A DNA stretch of 63,465 nucleotides, the filler included, from Octopus bimaculoides (lineage: Eukaryota), in NCBI RefSeq assembly GCF_001194135.2. It is 3 parts of 3 records of this genome, joined end to end, with 100 filler letters (N's around TTAATTAATTAA, not from the genome) between each part and the next. Parts side by side here need not be neighbours in the genome. Positions count along the whole stretch, not along the records: positions 1 to 30,089 come from NC_068996.1; positions 30,190 to 58,180 come from NC_068984.1; 1 more part is not named here. One strand, written 5' to 3'. Of the stretch, positions 21,240 to 33,200 are shown one piece after another. Every line of letters begins with the position of its first letter. Position 1 is the stretch's first letter. Under the pieces are notes generated by a model, which saw only the letters and a list, made by a program, of their open reading frames with translations, was not told the DNA's origin and did not search any database. The position numbers were made by a program, and so were the translations under genes.

Positions 21240-22268
21240 GGGCAAGCGAAAGCGAAACCATCAGTGGCACCTGTGCCCAACATCATCTTCCTGGCACTTG
21301 TGCCAGATGGCACGTGTAAAGACATTCAAGCGAGATCGTTGCCAGTGCCGCCGAACTGGCTCCTGTGCAGGTGGCACGTAAAATACACCATTTTGAGCGT
21401 GACCGTTGCCAGTACCGCTTGACTGGCCTTCGTGCCGGTGGCACATAAAAGCACCTACTACACTCTCGGAGTGGTTGGCGTTAGGAAGGGCATCCAGCTG
21501 TAGAAACTCTGCCAAATCAGATTGGAGCCTGGTGTAGCCATCTGGTTTCACCAGTCCTCAGTCAAATCATCCAACCCNNNNNNNNNNNNNNNNNNNNNNN
21601 NNNNNNNNNNNNNNNNNNNNNNNNNNNNNNNNNNNNNNNNNNNNNNNNNNNNNNNNNNNNNNNNNNNNNNNNNNNNNNNNNNNNNNNNNNNNNNNNNNNN
21701 NNNNNNNNNNNNNNNNNNNNNNNNNNNNNNNNNNNNNNNNNNNNNNNNNNNNNNNNNNNNNNNNNNNNNNNNNNNNNNNNNNNNNNNNNNNNNNNNNNNN
21801 NNNNNNNNNNNNNNNNNNNNNNNNNNNNNNNNNNNNNNNNNNNNNNNNNNNNNNNNNNNNNNNNNNNNNNNNNNNNNNNNNNNNNNNNNNNNNNNNNNNN
21901 NNNNNNNNNNNNNNNNNNNNNNNNNNNNNNNNNNNNNNNNNNNNNNNNNNNNNNNNNNNNNNNNNNNNNNNNNNNNNNNNNNNNNNNNNNNNNNNNNNNN
22001 NNNNNNNNNNNNNNNNNNNNNNNNNNNNNNNNNNNNNNNNNNNNNNNNNNNNNNNNNNNNNNNNNNNNNNNNNNNNNNNNNNNNNNNNNNNNNATATATC
22101 ATCATCATCGTTTAACGTCCGCTTTCCATGCTAGCATGGGTTGGACGATTTGACTGAGGACTGGTGAAACCGGATGGCAACACCAGGCTCCAGTCTGATT
22201 TGGCAGAGTTTCTACAGCTGGATGCCCTTCCTAATGCCAACCACTCAGAGAGTGTAGTGGGTGCTTTT
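21240..22268. mobile_element. Two young RTE-type 3' elements in opposite orientation (21240-21577 +, 22097-22268 -) across an N gap
   Basis: Close matches to the family consensus. Confidence 0.85.
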
Positions 22269-22525
22269 ATATATATATATATATATATATTGTTGCTATT
22301 ATGCAAAAGTGTTGTAAGTCCAAAACATTGCTTTTGCAGAAAATGAAAAAATAGGTTCCCCATTCCATAACCAAACCGTTGTACCACACTTTGACAATTT
22401 TTGATATCTTGCCATCTGAAGCAGCTGGAGATATGATAATTTGACCAAAATAACTGGCTATTACAAGCAAAAATAAATAATGAAAAAACTGCATTTGGCC
22501 AAATACAACAGTAACACAATAGCAA

Positions 22526-22567
<42 letters not shown>

Positions 22568-23487
22568 TCATCATCATCATCTTCATATACACACAGACAC
22601 ATGAAATTATATACACTCTTCATGACTAAATACATAGGTAAGATATATCAGAGGTGAAAATCAAGACAAAAAAAGCAGCAGGAGCACAGTAAAATTTTTG
22701 AGTGCTTCATTAATATAGTGAATTCAGTTCAGTCCTTTCTCAAGGACAGTTGAAACTAAGAAGTGTCCATATTCATTGAGCTGAGTGTACAAAGACAGTA
22801 CTCAGTGTAATCTCTATAAGTCAATAAAAGAGACCCCCAAACTCACCACTACCATCATCACACACATACACATACATAGTGGACCATGCATACTCATTAG
22901 CACTCTCATTAGCATGACAAAAAAATTACAAGGGTCCACAGGGGCTTGTAAAAACATTGGAATTCTGAAGCCATCCCAACCCATTACACTGGGATTTTGT
23001 AAACAGTATTTATAGAACTCTTCATATGTTTGAAAGTTTTGACTTCCAAATATAGTTAACAACAAAACTGTCATCATCATCGCTGCCACCGCTGCCGCCA
23101 CCACTGCCGCCACCACTACCACCACCATCGCCACCATCATCATCCATGCTTGTATGGGTCAGGCGGAATTCATTGAGGCAGATCTTCTCTGCCAGGTGGT
23201 TGGCATATAAACCATGTGAAAGCAAACATTGGAGCATGATGCTGTCCTATGATTCCTTGAATCCTATAAGACTGTCCTATTCATGCCAACATGGAAGAAG
23301 GACATTAGATGATCAACATCATCATCATCATCATCACGATCATGATGATGGTGTGTGATTTTTTTTTTTTTTTTTTTGTTAATCAAAAGAGGCAATGTTC
23401 ATGACATTTACAGCCCCTCCCAGACTAGCGAAACTGTTGTGGCTGATGTTCAGTTGAAACATCAATACTTACATGTAAAATCATTAT

Positions 23488-24050
23488 CACCATCATAATC
23501 ATCGTTTAACGTCCGCCTTCCATGCTAGCATGGGTTGGACGATTTGACTGAGGACTGGTGAACCAGATGGCTGCACCAGTCTCCAATCTGATCTGGTAGA
23601 GTTTCTACAGCTTGATGCCCTTCCTAACGCCAACCAGTCCGAGAGTGTAGTGGGTGCTTTTACATGCCTCCAGGATGAGGGCCAGTCAGGCGGTACTGGC
23701 AACGGCCACCCTCAAGATGGTGTTTTTTTACGTGCCACCTGCACAGGAGTCAGTCCATTGGCACTGGCAACGACCTCGCTCAAATGTTTTTTGTTCACAT
23801 ACCACTGGCACAAGTGCCAGTAAGGTGATGCTGGTAACAATCACGCTCAAATGGTGCTTTTTTATGTGCCACCGGCACGGAAGCCAGACAGCTGCTCTGG
23901 CAGTGATCCCACTCGTATGGTGCTATTAGTGCTCCACTGGCACAAGCAGAGTTTAGTGTCCAATGAAGGAATGTTGGCATGGATGCCAGTCGTCAAATTT
24001 GGTTCAATTTTGAATTCAATTTCACTTGCCTCAACAGGTCTTCTGGAATC
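23488..24050 (-). mobile_element. RTE-type 3' end element (long version)
   Basis: Homologous to 9331-9845. Confidence 0.85.
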
Positions 24051-24185
24051 CCAGAAGATATCCAGTTCAAGCTATAGAGGATAAAATGCAGGACACAAGC
24101 ACATGAAGCAGGCAAGGAAACAGCTGAGATTACCAAATGGCAAGAAACAATTGAGGGAATATTCAGTTAGCTAGTTCAAACTTAC

Positions 24186-24268
24186 CCGCAGTTCCCATAA
24201 ACTGCTCTCTAAGGCACAACATTTGACAGGATCAACCTCATCAGGAAGATAGGGGTCACTGCTATATT
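24186..24268 (-). CDS. NOC4L: NOC4L third-last coding exon (83 nt)
   Basis: Acceptor tttattttctcttttctag|, donor CGG|gtaagt; (E)YSSDPYLPDEVDPVKCCALESSLWELR contains the CBF/Mak21 signature DPY...DP...ALESSLWEL; joins the next exon in frame. Confidence 0.93.
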
Positions 24269-24485
24269 CTAGAAAAGAGAAAATAAATTAGAAAATTTTA
24301 GTTTAATTAAAACAAAAAACGAATAGATCAGAGTAATAAGAAATCTCTTAGTCTTATAGAACACAAGACACCATTAGTGCTGGTACCACAATAAAATCCA
24401 ACCAGTACAATTTATAAAATGGTTGCAGAACAAGTAGAGACCCTATAGAATCAAGACAACACATGATGGAAGAACTGGTTTTTAA

Positions 24486-24705
24486 CCCTTTTGTTACTAT
24501 ATTTCTGTTGAGATACTCTGTCTTTACTTCAATTAATTTTGAAAACCATGAAGAATTTAGTAAAGTAACCTAGTCATTATTAATTGGTTTTTGGAACATA
24601 AATTAACACCAAGTTCTGAAGGAAGATTTTAATTCAGAACCCTTGAAACTGAGGTATTTGTAACACAGAGCAAGGGCAGTCTGAGGCAGGTGAGTATCAA
24701 AAGGG
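24486..24705. mobile_element. piggyBac-type MITE
   Basis: TTAA|CCCTTTTGTTAC ... GTATCAAAAGGG|TAAA. Confidence 0.7.
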
Positions 24706-24729
24706 TAAATCAATAACATTATTCTAGAG

Positions 24730-25008
24730 CAGAGGTTTTCAAACTGTGGTCCGCAAGGACAAGACAGGGGGTCCGTGGACAGCAAATACTTTTTATGGGC
24801 AATTTGATTTTATATATGTTTTTTAATCGAAATCTTTTAATTGACAATAAACCTATTTGTTAAATACTGTTAAATAAATAAATGTAAAAATATATGTTAT
24901 TTTAAGGAAATATTTATGTATAAATTTCATAAGCGTTTATAAGGGGGTCCCTAAGGTAAAGCCTGAAATATAAAGGGGTCCGCAAGTCAAAAAGTTTGAA
25001 AACCCCTG
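24730..25008. mobile_element. hAT (Charlie-like) MITE with perfect 8-bp TSD
   Basis: TSD TTCTAGAG at 24722-24729 and 25009-25016; 16-bp TIR with one mismatch, CAGAGGTTTTCAAACT / AGTTTGAAAACCCCTG. Confidence 0.92.
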
Positions 25009-25049
25009 TTCTAGAGGACTGCCACAAAAAAAAAAAACACAAAATCTTT

Positions 25050-26790
25050 CTATTACCAGGACCAACTACAAAAGAGCCTTCACCATTGTTGGATTGAGAA
25101 ATGCTTGGAAATTTATAAAGTCACTCTGATTACAGGTGATTTTTCTATCAAATGCTATGAAACACTTGAATATAACCGTTATAGTGAATTTAGAGGTGAG
25201 CACTATGAATGCTGGTGACATCGAGATAAACTGCAGCATTTTTCAAGGCGACTCTTTATCACTACTACTCTTTTGCCTGCCCTTGTTCCCCTAAAATGTT
25301 GAATGATACAAAACATTGGTACAGAGTATACAATAGACAAATCAATCACCTCCTTTACATGGATGATAATCTAAAGCTTTCCATGAAAGATAATCAACAT
25401 CTGAAACAGCTTTTAACAATAGTGAAACAATTTAGTGACAATTTTGGAATGGAGCTTGCTTTGATAAATGTGCTAAAGTCACATTCTTCGAGGAAAAACT
25501 CCTGAAAACAAACAACATACAGATAGACAGGTCTACTATCATCAAAGAATTAGATCCTGAAAAGTTACAAATATTTAGGTGTATAATTATGGTATCCAGC
25601 ACCCACAAACGCATGAAAAAATACAGAATGTTATTGTATTGTTGGAGCTATCCTATAGAGCAAACTTAATGTGAAAATTAGGTTTCATGCAATCAGTACA
25701 TTAGCCATAGTTGCTATAACCTACAACTATAGCATAAAACAGTCCATATCTGTAAAATTGATACAAAAGTATGTAAGTCCTCACAGTGCACCACATTCAT
25801 CACCCAATGGCAGTTGTAAATAGACTACACATCCCACAAAAGTATGAAGGACATAGACTGGTGCAACTGCAACTGTCTCTAAACCATAGGGGTAGATGCC
25901 CATCTAAAGAACACCAATGACTGAATGTTTAAACTTAAATTTCAAAACCGTATGTACTCAATATCAGAAGCAAGGAATTATAAACAAAACTGAGATACAA
26001 CTAGATGAAACGGAAAAACAAATAAAAAGATCAAGCCAAATAAAACGGAATCTCAAAAGCATTACAAAGTGATTATTCCATAAGGGCCAGTAATCCTTAT
26101 GTTGACACGGACATGATCCATCTGGACTTAAATCAGAAACAGAGATCTTCATTATAACAACTCAGGATCAATGTCTACCAATGAGAAACCAGCAAGATAA
26201 CATTCTTAAAAATGGTGTAGATCCTGCCAGCCATTTTTGAGGTGCAACAAGAGAAACAATTGACCAATTCATCTCTGGATGTTCCATGTTAGCCACAAAT
26301 GAATATATTAATTGCCATGGTTAACTTGGTCAGTATTTTACATTGGATCATATGCCGTAAATTTGGACTCCCATATGAAAAGAACCGGTGGGAACACAAG
26401 CCTGCCAAAGTAGTAGAAAATAAATGCATCACCATTGTTTAGGACTTTAGTATTCAAACTAATCAAAGCAAGTCAGGACAATAGACTAGATTTCATAGTA
26501 AAAAAATTATGCTGACAAAAAACTTGTCTGCTCATAGATATGCTAATCCCAGCAGACTGCAACACTTCTGTAAAAAACATTTGAAAAGTTAAGAACATTG
26601 AAACAGAGGTGTCAAGAATATGGCATGTAAGAACAACTGTACCTGTGATCAACAGAGTTTTGGGGATAATACCAAATGGTGCTCTTAAACACTATGGCCA
26701 AATATCAGGAAACCCAAAAGTATCAGAACTACAAAAGAATTCATTTCATAGTACTGTCCACATTCTAAGGAAAACATTGTTAGCTAGAGG
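25050..26790 (+). mobile_element. Decayed R4/Dong-like RLE non-LTR retrotransposon (RT, zinc knuckle, RLE)
   Basis: IFQGDSLS, INHLLYMDDNLKL, YKYLGV, LKSETE..QDQCLP, ETIDQ..SGCSMLATNEYI, WEHKPAKVVEN and ELQK..HILRKTL, interrupted by stops and frameshifts. Confidence 0.9.
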
Positions 26791-27734
26791 TAACAGTGTT
26801 TAAAAGAGAGAGAGCAGTGTTGGGATGAGAATAATGGAAGAGACAGAAAAGGGGAAGGAGTAGTGAAATGTTAAGGAGTGGTATGAAGGAGATGGGGAGG
26901 GGACAAAACGATTATGGGGTGGTAAGTCTGCTTGCAAAGGTTGGACTATTTGTCCAGTATCCAAAACAATTCTTTTTGGAGTTATACAGGTTTACTGATG
27001 AGAGAGGGTGGGTAGGGGAGAGTCTAAGAGAGGCAGTGTTAAGGGAGAGAGTAATAGGAGGGAGAGAGTTCAAGTAGTGTAAGGGGTTTTAGAGAGTGAT
27101 AAGGGTAGTGGGGATGGTTGAGTAAGAGGAGATGTGGTACTACACCTACATTATATATTGATGGATAGAGTGGTGCTTGAAGGAGAAATAAGACGAAGAT
27201 GAGCCAGAGTATATTCTCAGGGTGTTGATGAGAATATGCTGATTCAAATGAATGAATCTTTTAAATTCTTTCAAAATTGCAAATATTACTACAGACTTTA
27301 AACATAACCTTAATACACAGTGCCCTGTCTCCTTTCCCTACAATATATCATTGCTACTCGTAAACAATATCCATAGTAAAACGACCAATTTGCTGTTACT
27401 TGAGACTTGGAACGGCTCATATAAAACAAAGCAAAAAAAACGAGAAAAAAAAATGATTCATGAAGATTGACATAACCTTTCATGAAACTAAATACGCAAT
27501 TATAAAAGTGTGATATGCAATTAAAAATAGAAGCATGGATTGATTTTTTTACATTGAACAATCTTTCTACTGAGCATCTGTCATTCTCATTACCATGGGA
27601 TTTATAGGGAAAAAAAGATTTCAACTAAGAGTTCTTTATTTTCCTTGATACAAACCAGATCAAGCAGTTATCAACACACAAAACTTGTAAATAGATTTGT
27701 TCTTTATGTATCTTTCATTTTTCATTATTCTTGA

Positions 27735-28310
27735 CATCATCATCGTCGTTTAACATCCGCTTTCCATGCAAGCATGGGTTGGACAATTTGACTGAGGACG
27801 GGTGGACCAGGAGGCGACACCAGGCTCCAATCTGATTTAGTAGAGTTTCTACAGCTGGATGCCCTTCCTAACACCAACCACTCCGAGAGTGTAGTGAGTG
27901 TTTTACGTAACACCAGCACGAGGGCCAGTCAGGCGGTACTGGCAACAGTCCAAGGTATATTGTGAACATAAGAGAGAACGGCATACTAGTTGAAATATTC
28001 ATCATCCTCATCATCATCATCATCATTTAGCATCTGTTTTCCATGCTGGCATGGGTTGGACAGTTTGACAGGGGCTGGCTAAGCAGAAGACTGCACCAGA
28101 CTTCACCGTCTGTTTTGGCATGGTTCTTTACAGTTGGATGCCCTTTCTAATACCAACCATCTTACAGAGTGAACTGAATGCTTTTTACGTGGCACCAGCA
28201 CCAGCAAGGCCTGTTTTTGGCATGGCTTTTTACAGCTGGATGCCCTTCTAAACACCAACCATTATACAATGTGGACTGGATGCAACAGCACTGGTAAGGT
28301 CACCAATACA
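27735..28310 (-). mobile_element. Two RTE-type 3' end elements
   Basis: (CAT)n tails plus family consensus. Confidence 0.8.
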
Positions 28311-28551
28311 TATCAGGACTTTTCCAAAAGTGTAACAACAACTGTAATAATTGTTTCTGATCTGATTTAGATAGAATTTTGGCTATTTTGAGGAGAAGGG
28401 TTAGTCACTACCATCAACTCCGGTACCAGACTGGAAGGATGAAAGACAAAGTTAACCTAAGCAGGATTTAAGCTCAAGAAAAACAACAGCAGCAACAATA
28501 GCAACTGGCGATATGTGATGCTGCAGAAGATCTCACTGCTTGTGCAAGCTT

Positions 28552-28972
28552 ACTCTTTTATTCATTTACTCTTTTACTTGTTTCAGTCATTTGACTGAGG
28601 CCATGCTGGAGCACCGCCTTTAGTCGAACAAATCGCCCCCAAGACTTATTCTTTTTGGAAGCCTAGTACTTATTCTATCAGTTTCTTTTTGCCGAACCGC
28701 TAAGTTACGGGGACGTAAACACACCACCATCGGTTGTCAAGCGATGGTGGGAGGACAAACACAGACACACAAACATATACACACACACATATATACATAT
28801 ATATATATACGATGGGCTTCTTTCAGTTTCCGTCTACCAAATCCACTCACAAGGCTTTGGTTGGCCCGAGGCTATAGAAGAAGACACTTGCCCAAGGTGC
28901 CACGCAGTGGGACTGAACATGGAACCATGTGGTTAGTAAGCAAGCTACTTACCACACAGCCACTCCTACACC
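28552..28972 (-). mobile_element. SINE family A (full length)
   Basis: Reverse complement of 2426-2872. Confidence 0.9.
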
Positions 28973-29939
28973 TATTGGCAAAATATTTGTCATAAATAGT
29001 ATAATAGTGCACGCCCCCCCCCATAACTCCAACCCTTACTCCACTCCTTGCCTACTGCATCATGCACACAACTTTTTCCTGTCTCTTCTTACATTCTCCC
29101 ATTCAACCTATTCTACACTCACCCCACCTCATCTTCCCATCGTTTCTCTTCCTACTCATTATACAATAATTATACAATAATTGAGAGGTCAGTATTCAAT
29201 TTGTTAACCAAAATACCATGACTCCACCATTTATATCTTACTACCACTTGTTTCTCTCTTTCCTACTTAATCATGGTAGGTAGGAATTGTACCCTGGCAA
29301 TTTTTATCCACTCTCCCCCAATTCTTCTGTTACCATGTTCTCTCTGACACTTTGAGGATATATTCTGCTCATCATCATCTTATTTTCCCTCCAAGCACCA
29401 CTCTACCCACCAATATATGTGGGGTAGCACAACATCTCTTACTCGCCCCACTATACCCTACCTTATCACTCTCTAAACCCCTTATACTACTTAAACTTTT
29501 TCCTTCCTGTTACTCCCTTCCATAACACTGCCTCTATTAGTCTCTCCCTTACCCACCCTCTCTCAATCCTGCCTATACATTGATTGATTGAAATAATGTG
29601 ATTATTAAGCTTTACTTTTATATTAAACTATGGAAGTCAGTAGGGATTATAATTTTCTATGACTTAATAGAGTTGTCGCTGTTTAGTAACGTATTTAGGA
29701 GTGGTTGTAATTTACATATGGAATTTATTTATCGATGTAATTATACATTGGGTAAATGTGTTTGAAAGTTGTGGTTCCTTTGGTTTGTTCCCAAACAACT
29801 TATTTTAGTGCTGTCGAAACCATAATATCCATGGAGCAGTTGATGACGGAGGTATGTTGGATCGTTGGATTTGTATATGTGGATTAGTATTATTGGATTG
29901 TTGGTATGGCTGTGAAATAGTATTATAACACATCCTTTT

Positions 29940-29973
<34 letters not shown>

Positions 29974-30089
29974 TACATATACATATATATATATACACAC
30001 ACACACACACATATATATATATATCATCATCATCATCATCATCATCGTTTAACGTCCGCTTTCCATGCCAGCATGGGTTGGACGATTTG

Positions 30090-30189
30090 NNNNNNNNNNN
30101 NNNNNNNNNNNNNNNNNNNNNNNNNNNNNNNNNTTAATTAATTAANNNNNNNNNNNNNNNNNNNNNNNNNNNNNNNNNNNNNNNNNNNN
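30090..30189. other. Artificial scaffolding linker N44-TTAATTAATTAA-N44
   Basis: Exactly 100 bp and symmetric, with stops in all frames; identical to the linker at 58181-58280. Confidence 0.92.
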
Positions 30190-30248
<59 letters not shown>

Positions 30249-33200
30249 ATATATATATGTGTGTGTATGATATGAATATGTGTATGTGTGTATCTTTATA
30301 CATGTATGTATATGTGAGTATGGGTATGTGTGTGTGTATATAATATACACACATACATACATATTCATATAGATGCATATGTACAAATTTGCGAACATTT
30401 GTGTGTGTATATGCATACATATATGAGTGCATGTACATTTATGTATGTCTTTGTGATGTTGTATGTATGTGCATGCATGTATGCATGATCAGATATATGT
30501 AAATTCATCAGTAAATATAACTCAACTTATTCTGGTTATCAGATTGAATATTTTTGTGATCTTCATAAGGTAAAGCATACATCTTAGATTTTATTCTTCA
30601 TTATAAGTGAAAATTCGAAAATTTTGCTTTGTTATAAGCAAACGGTGGTAACATTCATATAGAAATGTGCAAGAATATAAAGAAGACGAAAAAAGCAGAA
30701 GCCATAATAAAAAAAAATCAAAATAAAACATATATTAATAGATAAATGCATTAAAAAATTAACAGTATAAAGAATATTAAAGTTAAAAATAAATAAAAAT
30801 GTTAAATATCTTTAGTTTGATAATGAAAATAATATTTTGAAATCGAAAAAATAAGAAAATTAAAACAAAAAAATAATGTTTTATTCAAAATAAAATGTTT
30901 TAAGATTTATCATTTAAAAAATAAAATGAAATTTATTTATTTATCTATTTATTGTGAAACAGGGTGATAAATAATTATTGCGAATATATTACAAAGATTG
31001 TGTGATTTATAAAGTGAAAAACTATTATAATTAGTGTTATTCACATTTAACACTGCCTTTTTATGATTACTGTAACTATCATTATCATTGTATACTATTA
31101 TTATTAACAATATTATTTTTATTACCATTATTATTACTATCATCATCTTATATATTTTTTTTTAACAATAAAATCAGAGGTTCATTAATAGGTTTCTGAA
31201 GGTCTTTCAACTGGAATCCATCAACACTATTACAAGAAATTATCATTAAGACTGTGAAAGGAATATCGAAAGGATATCATGCGGCAATGTTATAGCTTTC
31301 ATATTTTAATATTCTATTATTAAAACTGATGTTTGTAGTACTTTAGAATGAATAGCATTATTAAGTAAAATTTTAGTTAAGTAGATACTAAATCTCAACA
31401 ACTGTTGCTGATACGGTATTTAGTGTGTAATTTGGTAAACAGGAGAGCTCTAACAAATATTTAAACTAAAAACATCTATGTATATCAAGGATTTCTTTTA
31501 TAGGTTCATGAATAATCATTAAATAGTTATTTCATGTAGTTATTACATATCCAATTTTTGTGGGTTAACTACTTCTAGCTAACAATATATTCTGAATATT
31601 CAGTAATATATTATAAGATTATTAAGTTATTCAGATTTTTCTCATATCTTCCTTTCTTCTTACTGTTATTCATCAATATGTAGGGAACAATCATATCAGC
31701 TTGAAGAATATTTCCATCATTCTAGTTACTAGACCTCTCATGTTAAATGTATCAGTTTGGGTGTATATTTCAATATATTGACTGTTATAGAACCATATAG
31801 TAGGTAAAATTGAGTGGAGTGAAGGTTCTATTGTACTTTATCCAGAGTAGGTAAACTTTGGGAAATCCTGGCTCTTTAATTGTTTGTTTTGTGTCCTACT
31901 GACACCTTTGAGTTGTGTGCTCCTGGGCAATACATTTAACTCTAGTGTCATCTTTGGCTTAGAAATGCTTTCATACATCAAAATTTTCAATTTGACAGTG
32001 ACATGTTCTTCCAAATATTAACTATTACACATATTTTTTGTGATCAGCATTACTAAAACTATTGGATTTCTTTTCTTCATGACACTCCAACATTCTATTT
32101 TATACACTTTCCCTGGAGTACATAGAAAGTTGTTTTATGTGTGTGCATGTTTGTGAGTGCAAGTATGTATGTTTCTTTTCCCCTTTCACTTATCAGTTAT
32201 ATAGGGCTGCTGTGGCTTACAATAATACATGTATCTACTTGAGATACAAATTTAGACTTCTCATTCTCTTCATGTGCCATACCTACAAGCATTGGCCATC
32301 ATGAACCTCCATGACAAAGCTTGAGGATTCGTAAATTTTCTTGTTCTAGATACTTCAGCAGTTTCCTATTGCTTTTTTTTTGCCAATTTACTCTGCTAGT
32401 TCCCCTGCCTAATAGAGGACTCCTTGAAATACAGTGCCAATTTAACCCTTTGGCAGGCAAGGTGGGGGCTGATTCATGTGACATCAGGGCTTGTCCACAC
32501 ACCTGTGTGTCTATGTGACACATGTCTAGGGGCCAGCCTTCCTCAAAGTCTTGTATGCTTTATCCACAAGGCCATCTGCTATTTGACCCATATCTGAGCT
32601 CCTTGGTAAGTACTATCACACTGAGAGAAGTGATGACGAAATGGCAACTCTACACTCTCCAAAACTCCTGAGCTGGATCCTCACCACTGGATGCTGTTTA
32701 ATGTCTTGCTTTAATCTGAACAGGACAGTTAAGGGATTAAAATGTTAACATTGTAAGTTGAATGGCGTCTGTTTTCTATAGAAACACTACATTACAAATG
32801 ACAAGATGTGAACCATTGATTTTTTGGCTGCTAATGAACATCAAACTGAGGTAACTTTGTGACTCAATATTACACCATTTTAAAATGTGTTATCCCTACA
32901 AGATCAATTTTGCCCTTCATACTTCAACAATCAATAAAATAAATATCAGTCAAGTACTGATTTAATCTAATTAACTATACTTACTCTTCTCCCAAAATGT
33001 GTGGCCTTCTGTCCATATTAGAAAACATTGTTGTTGTAATTATTATTATTGGTTGTGTGGTGCATAGAGTGTTAGATAAAGTGCTTTGTTGTATTTAGTT
33101 TATGTCTCTTTACATTTTAATTTCTGAGTTCAAATTATAAAATAAAATATTAATCAAATACTAAGGTCAATTTATATTACTTTAGCCCATCCTCTCTCAT

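Noticed and set aside
24237-24244. CTGATGAG hammerhead core on the minus strand
   Set aside because: Lies in a NOC4L coding exon (PDE codons); no stem II/GAAA arrangement.
29805-29830. CTGTCGAAAC motif
   Set aside because: No CUGANGA core or stems upstream.
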